Origin: Podarcis vaucheri
Taxonomy: Eukaryota
Assembly (NCBI GenBank): GCA_965113315.1
Contig: OZ220368.1
Reading direction: 5' to 3' (one strand)
Length of the DNA stretch: 64,000 bases
In this document: one piece after another, positions 41,205-51,421 of the stretch
Position numbering within the stretch: position 1 is the stretch's first letter
How the letters are laid out: every line of letters starts with the position of its first letter
Notes under the pieces: model-generated
The model's input: the letters and a program-made list of their open reading frames with translations, nothing else
What the model was told of the DNA's origin: nothing
The model's database searches: none
Program-made: the position numbers and the translations under genes

Positions 41205-41380
41205 AGGCTCATAAGCAAACTAGGGAAATCTGAGCTAGGCAGAAATACTGTGACTTACAAAACTGGTTGGAAAGTTACAGCTGAAAAAATAGTTTTCAAA
41301 AGAATCCAAATACTGTTTTCATTTTGCAGATGTTGAAATGGCGGCTCAAGATATGCAACAGCCTCTCAGCAAGGCTCCAG

Positions 41381-41593
41381 TCATTCCAGCTCATCAAACG
41401 AGTCGTCCTCCTCTTCCCCACGAGCCGAGTGTGTAATGGCCTTCATCCACCGCTGCTTCAGCTCCTCTGTCTCTGCCACCAATGTATAGACCTGCTTGGA
41501 CTGCACCACTTGGAAGATGTGACGGGGGTCGCTCTGGGGCATCTCTTTGACTTGGTAGCCCAGCAGGGGGATGGAAGTGTGAGCCTTGACGTC
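41381..41593 (-). CDS. FGD2: FGD2 last coding exon, PH2
   Basis: [70 protein letters not shown] followed by TGA. Confidence 0.95.
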   Translation of the reverse strand, partial: DVKAHTSIPLLGYQVKEMPQSDPRHIFQVVQSKQVYTLVAETEELKQRWMKAITHSARGEEEDDSFDELE

Positions 41594-44500
41594 CTGGGAG
41601 GCAAGTGGGAAGAGAGGGGGGGCGAGAGGCTCAAAAGGAAGCAATTCCAGATGTTCCAAACTGTCTCCACAAAACCAATCCAGAGTTGCTCCCTGTTTAA
41701 CAAGGGGATCATTTTCAACGTGAGCTGGTTTTGCAATGTTTAAGGACTAAAACTATTCATGGCATGCAGCTGCATGTATCTTCTCACTTACGTAGTTATT
41801 TCTTGGTTTTTACCAAAGGCAGCCTCAAGAGGCCACTGTAATTTAAGCAGAGAAATAGCAGGGGATGCAGTTGCTTAAGCCTTTCCTCTCTAGCCATTTT
41901 TGCACTCAAGGTTTCTCCCAACAGGAACTGCCAGAGGAAGAGCTGGGAGCCTCTGCTCCTGTTTATGGTGGGCCTGTGTACTGAGCACTCAGAACAGCAG
42001 CTTGGGATATCTTGGCAATTACCGTATTTTTCGCACCATAGGACGCACCGGACAATAGGACGCACTTTGTTTTAGAGGGGGGAGAACAAGAAAAAAAATT
42101 CTCCCCCTCTCTGCCCAGCGCCCCTTCAGTGAAGCGGCAGGAGGCGCTGCGCATAGAGGGGGAGAACTTTCCCCCTCTTGTTTTCCCGCTCTAAAACAAG
42201 GTGCCGTTTAAGGTGCGTTCAGGCGGCTACCTTGGAAGCCTGGAGAGCGAGAGGGGTCGGTGTGCACTGACCCCTCTCGCTCTCCAGGCTTCAGGTTCCT
42301 TTCGACCTGCTCTTTGGGGCTGGTGGGGGGAAGCCCACCACCAGCCCCAAAGAGCAGGTCAGGGAGCAGTGGAAAGGCGCAGTGGAGAGGCTCCTGCCAT
42401 AGCCGCACGTCACCTCTCCAGCCGGGAGAGGGTCGCGGGGCTATGGCGTCTTCGCTCCATAGGACGCACAGACATTTCGCCTTCATTTTTGAAGGGGAAA
42501 AAGTGCGTCCTATAGAGCGAAAAATACAGTAAGTACCCTCAAGGGACGGAGAACCAGTGTGGCCCCTCCAGGTGTCCTTGGACTCCCACTCCCATCAGAT
42601 GCAGCCCGCATGGCCAATGGCCAGGGATGATGGGAGTTGTAGTTTGGCAACATCTGAAAGGCCAAAGGTTAGCCACGCCCGTTGTGAACCATCTGAGCTT
42701 CCACACAAGAACAAATTCTCAATAAGCCCACACATACCTGGGGTGCAGCATAAATGTACAGCACAAGAGGGTCATCTCGTGGGATCACAAACCAGCCACG
42801 CATGCTCCCCTTTCCGTTCTTATCCAACAGCTGCAGGAAACTGCACATCAGGCTCTGCCCCGATATTTCTGCAGACTCTTTCTGCCAATTAAACAAAAAC
42901 ACCACACCATTCCCTTAATGCTCTTTAGCCTAGAGGCTCCTACTGGCTCCTGTGTCTATAGATTGTGATCTACAGAATGGAACACAGCAAACAGTTCTGG
43001 GACTCAGTAACACAGCTGCAGATAAAATGTTTTAAATGTGGTGTAAAGTGCAATATACAAATCTGACACTAGGTGGTATAGTGAGCTATGTAAAATTCAA
43101 TGTGTTTTTCAAAACATTTTTTTAGAAAAGCATTTTCACAGTGTTTTTTATATGTGTGTAAATTCCACCCTGGTCCTGGTTGCACCGCTGGATAAAACAG
43201 GCAGGGAGAATGACTGTTTTCACTCCTTTCTGGGTCAGAATGTAAGGATGGTGCAGTGGTTAGAGTGTTGGATTAGGACCTGGGAGACGAGGGTTTGATT
43301 CCCCACTTAGCCATGAAGCTCACTGGGTGACCTTGGGCCTGTCAGGGCTGGAGTCAGGCGTAGGTCATCAACAAAGCAATAACTCACCCTGGACCAGTGA
43401 AGTAAACTCTTTATTCAAGGAAACAACCACAGCTCAGGCCTAGTGGTCTCAGCAACTCTTTCTAGGAGGCCTTGCCCTGATGAAGCACTTGCAAGGACTG
43501 AAGGTCCCCACCTTCCCTGTGCCCACTAGGACTCCTCCTCTCCAGGGTCTTTCCCCCGCAGTCTCAGGCTGCATCTGCGCACAACCACCCTCTGCTCTGC
43601 CCATTTCATTTCTATGAGAGTTCTAGGAGACAAGTGGGAAGGGGAGCTGGTTGCAGCCTCTCTCTTCTCTGCCTCTTGGCCACCCTCCCTCCAGCCTATG
43701 CTTCAGCACAAGAGTGTGAACTGCTCTCTGCCATGGCTTCTTCACATTCACTAAACCCTGTCACCTCTCCTGCTGCTGACACCTCCTCCTCCGAGTCTCC
43801 CTCTGACCACTAATCCCCTGTCTCTGAGCCTTCTTCCTCTGGGGGTTCCCTGGGGAAGGGGTGTTTTCCTGACTGGTGACTTCCACCACTCTTCTGCATC
43901 CAGCCAGTCTATAACACTCCCTCTCAGCCTAACCTCCCTCACAGGCTTGTTGTGGGGAATAAAGGAGGAGAGGGAGAACTACGTAAGCCACACTGAGCTC
44001 CAGGGATTAAAAGGTGGGCTATAAATGCAATAAATAAATAATACCAAGAAAATCTTCAGTGCCTTGTGTCAACATAATAGGGGCTGGAGGTCTAGTCTAT
44101 TGGTTTTTCAATCTTCAGTACCATGGACAGAGTCCCTCTCACTCCCTTGTCCCCTGTCTTTCAGCTCCACTTCACACCTTTTCTGTGGCAACCAGGTTCC
44201 ATCACTATTTCCGGCAGTAAATATGTAGGGCGCAATGAGCAGATGCTTGCAGGGAGCCATTATTTGCCAGGATACTCCAGTGCTTTGTCCCATTCCGTTT
44301 GGTGTAAGCATCACCCCCTACTTACTTTACTTGCCTAATTTGAAGAACCTGAATGGACTGAAAGGAGGAAATCCAGCACAGGTGACCAAGCCATGGCTGA
44401 AGTGGAGGAAAGGCAGGAAATGGGCCAGGCAATTAACTGAGACAGAGAGGATGGAGACGTCTCAGATCTGCTTCCTCCTCACCTCCAAGATGCCTTTATG

Positions 44501-47500
44501 CCTTGCCTGCCGTTCGTCGGGCAACAAATGCCCTGTCAGGAAGATGTAGCACTCCACGCAGACACGCTTGGGCCCGCTCTTGTCGTATTGCAATTCGGCC
44601 TTGTACTCGGAGCACCGGCCACACACCACCTGCCTCCAGGAGAGGAACCAAACGGTTGCTGCAGCGTAGATTCACAGAGGAAACCCCCATTCTTCTTTAA
44701 ACAAGACCTGAACCAAAACTGAACATAGAACTGGAAGAGTTCAGCATCTGTCCCCACCACCACCGGCACCCAGATGCGGCTGGACCAAGCATGGTCGCTC
44801 TTGGGATAAGTTCTCTGGACTGGCCCTAAACCAACATGGAGTCCCAAGGCCCTTCCATGTGGCTGCCCTACCCAAAGGAACTCGGAGGAGGTGTACTCAC
44901 ATAGCCGCAGGCCCGGCAGTGGTGCCTTCTGCGTGTGATCGCATTGAAAGGGCCCTTGCAACGCATGCACATGGTCACCAGCTTGTCCCTGATCCACTGA
45001 GGAGCCCTCTTGCCCAGCTCATCAAACTGGCAATGCTGGGGGTAAAGCAGACCATAAGAACATGAAGATATACCCTGGTGGATATGATCAAAGGGCGATC
45101 TAATCCAGTATCCTGTTCTCCCAGTGGCCAACTAGGTTCTTTGAGAAGCCTGCAAGTCAATGTCAGCAGGGCTGGCAACAGCATAATGGCAGGGGTAGAT
45201 GTGCTGTCTGAAGCAAAATCCAACCTAATGCAACCTAATGGCCCCTGCCACAAGCAGAGCATGAGTGCAACAGTGCTTTCGGCAACTTACGATTCCCAGC
45301 AATTAGTATTTAGAGATATATCGCCTCCTACAGTGGAGGTAGAACAGAGCCATTGTGGCTAGTAGTCGTTGATAGGACTTATCCTCCAGGAATTTGTCTA
45401 ATCTTCTTTTAAAGCAATCCAGGTTGGGGGACATCACTACGTCTTGTGGGAGCGAATTCTACAATTAAGCTATGCACTGTGTGAAGGGGGTTGGAATCAA
45501 AGAACCACTGTGATGGACTCTCTGGCAATGAAGGCAATTATGGCTACAGCTCACAGGGTCCAGGACATGGATAAGTATGAAGCCTCTTCCATATTGCTTA
45601 GTACCATTGCCAGAGCCTTGTTAGGTACCTCTTTTGTGCACATTCCACTCATCTGTCTTGTCCTCCAATCATCACACGCTTTCCATTTCCTTGTTGCAGA
45701 TTTCAGAATGTTCACTCATGGCCTTCCTATTAGGCAGGCATGTGCTGCTTTTAGCACTGGCTCAAAACTTTTTTATTCCAGCAAGCCTACCTAGGCATGT
45801 CATTTTAGCATGTCATTTTTGACAAAAGTGTTTTAATATTACCCATTTTATCTTACAATTTTCGTGTAATTTTTTGTGTGCTTTATTTGTATTTTTTTTA
45901 AAAAAAAAGACTGCATAAAGCAAGCTGCTTAGTTGTTCTATTAAGTGATCTATACATTTTGTGAAATAATTAAAATACGGTAATACAGGAAATGCTTTTA
46001 GAAATGAGGTGGAGACATGAGGAGGAATAGAGAAGTGGAATGGACCGCCTCAGAGAGTAGTGGACTGTCCTTCACAGAAGGTTTTGGATAGCCATCTCCC
46101 AAGGATTCTTTAGCTGTGGGTTCCTGCATTGCACAGGGTTGGACACCTCTACAGTTCTATGATTCTATAATTCAGTGAGTGAGTACAGTCAGGAGGATTA
46201 CAGTTAAATCTTGCATCTCGGAATCCGGCCCTTGGATCGCCACCTTGAAGGACCCACTGCTTTTCTCCTTCTTGTCAATGGCAGACTCAAAGGCCTGGAG
46301 AAGAAAAGCAGAAGTTGAAATAAAGCTCTGAGGCTCAAGCCACACATGAAAGTAGCAGGTTGAAGCCACATCTGCCCCACTCACTTCTGAAGTATGGGAG
46401 TGGGGAGCTGGCAGTCAAGGGGTGCTAAACTCTCCCCCTCATCCCTATGCCCATACCAAACGTTACATACGTTTTTCCTCCCAGCAAGTTCTTGCAATAA
46501 TCATTTACAATTTCATTGATTTTGTTAAAAAGGGCAAACACTTTGCCTTTCTCACGGGGCAGGACCTTGACACAGGGTAAAGGGTAGAAGCATGGGTTAC
46601 CTTTATCCAATCATTCATCTCTTCCTGGGACCTGCATAGAAAGAGAAGTCACCTGTTAGAGAAGAGTTGTCCTCATCGTTCTGCGTGAGAATCAGAAAAG
46701 ACAAAATTCTTATGCCAGTTACCTGGTTTGCAGTTCTAGAGTTCGTTGCTTCCCTGATACAAGGAAAGCATAAGGAAACTGCACATCATTCAGCTCCCGA
46801 ACCTGCAAGTCCAGATAAGCAAAATAATTAGTACTGATGTGGGCAAAAAGTTGTTGCTGCTGTTTCTCTGATGGCTTCCACTGCTGTCATATTCAATTTA
46901 CATCCATACCACTGAGATCAATGGACTTTAGTAACAGGTCTTTCAAGGGGTCTGCACCTCTCACTTAAGTAATGGGATTTCAGTCAGTCTGCTCTGAGTA
47001 ATGCAAGTGTTGGATATTTTAACACCCAAACAGTGAATTTTATTTTTTCATGCTTTGTTCCGTGAGCTGTCCTGGTAATTTTTGGAAGTTGAAGGGGTGG
47101 GGTACAAACTGACTAAGTAAATACCGTATTTTTTGCTCTATAATACTCACTTTTTCCCTCCTAAAAGGTAAGGGGAAATGTGTGTGCATCTTATGGAGCA
47201 AATGCACGCTGCACAGCTATCCCAGAAGCCAGAACAGCAAGAGGGATTGCTGCTTTCACTGCGCAGTGATCCCTCTTGCTGTTCTGGCTTCTGGGATTCA
47301 GAATATTTTCCCTCCTCCAAAAACTAGGTGCGTCTTATGGTCTGGTGCATCTTACAGAGCGAAAAATACGGTAATCAATAAATCAAAGGGAAGAGAGCAG
47401 CAAGCAAACACCTGGACCAATCCACATGCAAAAGTTTGGCAGGGAGGGGGAATGGGGACAGCTCACCTGAAGCATGCAAATATTTAAAGTCCCAATATGG

Positions 47501-49352
47501 TCAGATATATGCCATACCCTTCCTTGGGTAGCATTTATAAATATATGGGCCAAATTCAGCTAGCTGTTCCTGCAGGCGAAAGCCCACTCAAAGACTTCTG
47601 CTATCACAAGGGGGCTTTCCTCCCTGCACACACAAACACCCCCAAATTGGCTGAGGGGGGTTCAGGAGAACCCCCAGAACAGGGTGTAGGAAGAACAGAA
47701 GGAATATTGTTCCTTCAAGCAAGCAGAAATGGTTGCACTGAGACTGTGATCTCTTTAGCACCACATTGCATTCCTCCCCTTATCAGTTTTTCCCCTACAT
47801 ATGCATATTTCAGGGGGGGGGTCCTCTGCTTCCTGCTCTGCTTGTTATATTTTTGTTTTATGTTTCTCCAGATGTGGCCATCCTGTGGAAAAATATGGGG
47901 CAGGGCCACCCCCCACCCCACGAGTATAATTAAAGGGAATAACCTGCAATGAAATTCTCTGACCTTCATGCCCTCCACATCGATCCGGCTGTGCACCTGA
48001 AACGCTGCGCCCACTTGGATGACTTTTGGCACACAGTACAGCAGCAAGTTATTGAACTGAGAGAGACAAGAGGTGGGAAAGGATAAAGCCTTGGTGGGAG
48101 GGGGGCACATCAAGTCTGAACAAAGAAGGGCCAAAAGAAGAGAGCAAATGTCAAATGAACCAGTCAATACAGTACAGTGGTACCTCGGGTTAAGTACTTA
48201 ATTCGTTCCGGAGGTCTGTTCTTAACCTGAAACTGTTCTTAACTTGAAGCACCACTTTAGCTAATGGGGCCTCCCACTGCCGCCCTACCACCAGAGCATG
48301 ATTTCTGTTCTCATCCTGAAGCAAAGTTCTTAACCCGAGGTAATATTTCTGGGTTAGCGGAGTCTGTAACCTGAAGCGTCTGTAACCCGAGGTACCACTG
48401 TAATAGTTTGTCTCAGTTAATCTTTCCCTCTGAAGACTAGAGACTTCAGAATATGAACCATTCCAGACAAGGGAAGAAGGAATTGTTGCCACCAATGGGT
48501 CAAGAAAGAACCCAGTGCATGTATCACTTAGTGCTATGCCAGCCTTTAAATGTCCTCCAGATGTTCTGGACACCAACTTCCATCGGCTAACAAGGTACTT
48601 AACTACTGCAGGGGGGGTGCAATTTATTACTGGCACACTTCTCATTCTCCCTGCTTGCTTGAAAATCAGAATACAATTATCATTTGGATTATGCACTTCA
48701 GAGGCAGGAGGGCAATAGCCCTGCTCTGCTGTTGCCACCCAGCAGATGGTATTCATGAACATATTGCCTCTAAGCCTAGATGTTTCAAATAGCCACCATG
48801 CCCACCACTAGTGGCCACTGGGTAAATTATCTCCCATGAATTTGTCTCGTTCCCTTTTCAGCTCATCTGAGCTAATGTCCAACACCACATCTTGAGGCAG
48901 CAAATTCCAAAAATTATTTGGGTGAAGAAGTGCTTCCATGCCAATCAGTTTCATTGGCTGACTATCTTCCTAGGTTCTAGCTTGAGGAGAGAGGGAGAGA
49001 AACTTCTCAATCTATTTTCTCCACACTGCACATAATTTTCAGTGCAATCCAGTGCATGCTTACACTCAGTAAGCAAGTCTCATTGTATCCAGTGAGGTTT
49101 ACTCCCATGTGGATATGCATAAGGCCACAGCCTTTATAAGCCTCTGTCACAGTCTCAGTCACCTTTGTCCAAATGAAAAAGTCTCAGGAGTTTTAAGCCT
49201 TTCTTTGTAGGGAATCAGATCCAAGGGTCTTATTATTTGCCCTTCCCTATACACTGTAGGGAACCTTGCACATCTTCCCAAACTCCTATACAGTATATAG
49301 ATGTGCAAGGTTCCCTACAGTGTATAGGGAAGGGCAAATAATAAGAGCCTTG

Positions 49353-49402
<50 letters not shown>

Positions 49403-50811
49403 GGTTTTGGTGTCTTCGGGTGTCTTCCCGTGTAAGAGTCGGGGTGTCTGTGCGACGTTTCGACGAGGTCTCACTCGTCATCTTCAGGCTGGTGCTTTCG
49501 GCTTCTTGTTACTGGAACAGAGCAGAATCTGGTGTTTGAGTTCCTATAAATACTGTTGAGGGGTGTGGTGTATAGCCTCCAACGTTCTGGGCAGAGAGGA
49601 AGTTCCTAGATTAGTGTGCCTTTTCTTCTTTTGTTCCTTAATTACTTGAGGGATATCTTGAGTGATTTCATGAGTGATATTCTGAATACCACTGGGTGGG
49701 TCATTAAGTGTAGATTAGTTGCTAAAGCTTTCGTGTCTTGACCTCTTGAGCTTGTGAAGAGTTTTTCTGAGAAGATGGCTGTGCTGCATTTAGTTGTGCT
49801 CTGGCTTGGCTTCGTGTATAGGGGCGAGCTGTGGTTTTGTGCCTTGTGCCAGCCAGATCTGTGTAGGGATTGCAGGGGGGTGCAGCATCCGGAGGTGCCA
49901 CTATAGTTTGGCTACTGGATGGAGTCTGTAATATGTCTGTGGAGAGGGTCTGGGTTTGGGTCTGGTGTGGTTGATTGGTGACGGCGTTCTGTGTGCCTCT
50001 GGTTCTGGTGTCGGTTTTTGTGGGGAGGGCTAATTTCCAGATGTCTGGCAGGCGGGACGTGTCGTCACGCTTGTTCATGTTGTGAGGGTGTTTCTCTATC
50101 TCGATGGCTTCCATGATTATTCTCTTGTGGTGATGTTCCATGTTAAAGAGCAATTTGGAATCTGCAAAATTAATTTCGTGTCCTGTTTCTTTCATGTGTT
50201 GGAAAAGAGAGGAAGTTTTTTCTTCTTTTTTGACGGCATTCTTGTGTTCTGCGATACGTGCATTTATTCGTCTGTTTGTTTGTCCAATGTACGTGGCTGG
50301 GCAGACTTTGCAATCCCTACACAGATCAGGCTGGCACAAGGCACAAAACCACAGCTCGCCCCTATACACGAAGCCAAGCCAGAGCACAACTAAATGCAGC
50401 ACAGCCATCTTCTCAGAAAAACTCTTCACAAGCTCAAGAGGTCAAGACACGAAAGCTTTAGCAACTAATCTACACTTAATGACCCACCCAGTGGTATTCA
50501 GAATATCACTCATGAAATCACTCAAGATATCCCTCAAGTAATTAAGGAACAAAAGAAGAAAAGGCACACTAATCTAGGAACTTCCTCTCTGCCCAGAACG
50601 TTGGAGGCTATACACCACACCCCTCAACAGTATTTATAGGAACTCAAACACCAGATTCTGCTCTGTTCCAGTAACAAGAAGCCGAAAGCACCAGCCTGAA
50701 GATGACGAGTGAGACCTCGTCGAAACGTCGCACAGACACCCCGACTCTTACACGGGAAGACACCCGAAGACACCAAAACCTGCATTCCTGTACCCGTGAA
50801 AATCTACGAAA

Positions 50812-50860
<49 letters not shown>

Positions 50861-51383
50861 GGTTTTGGTGTCTTCGGGTGTCTTCCCGTGTAAGAGTCGG
50901 GGTGTCTGTGCGACGTTTCGACGAGGTCTCACTCGTCATCTTCAGGCTTTTCGGATTTCTAGTTTCTCGTAGGTTCTTGTCAGCTGGAAGGTTTCCTCCC
51001 CGTAGAGGTGAGATATTTGCTTTCGTAGATTTTCACGGGTACAGGAATGCAGGTTTTGGTGTCTTCGGGTGTCTTCCCGTGTAAGAGTCGGGGTGTCTGT
51101 GCGACGTTTCGACGAGGTCTCACTCGTCATCTTCAGGCTTTTGGTGTCTTCGGGTGTCTTCCCGTGTAAGAGTCGGGGTGTCTGTGCGACGTTTCGACGA
51201 GGTCTCACTCGTCATCTTCAGGTCTCACTCGTCATCTCACTCGTCAGCCTGAAGATGACGAGTGAGACCTCGTCGAAACGTCGCACAGACACCCCGACTC
51301 TTACACGGGAAGACACCCGAAGACACCAAAACCTGCATTCCTGTACCCGTGAAAATCTACGAAAGCATATATATATATATATA

Positions 51384-51421
<38 letters not shown>

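Noticed and set aside
49722-50429. 235-aa ORF as a functional standalone nuclease gene
   Set aside because: Its N-terminus comes from the inverted arm. The GIY half of the motif and the RT are missing, so it is a chimeric truncation product.
50693-51366. Repeat-spacer appearance resembling a CRISPR array
   Set aside because: Eukaryotic context; the units are long, in mixed orientation and identical to Penelope pLTR sequence; there are no regular unique spacers and no cas genes.
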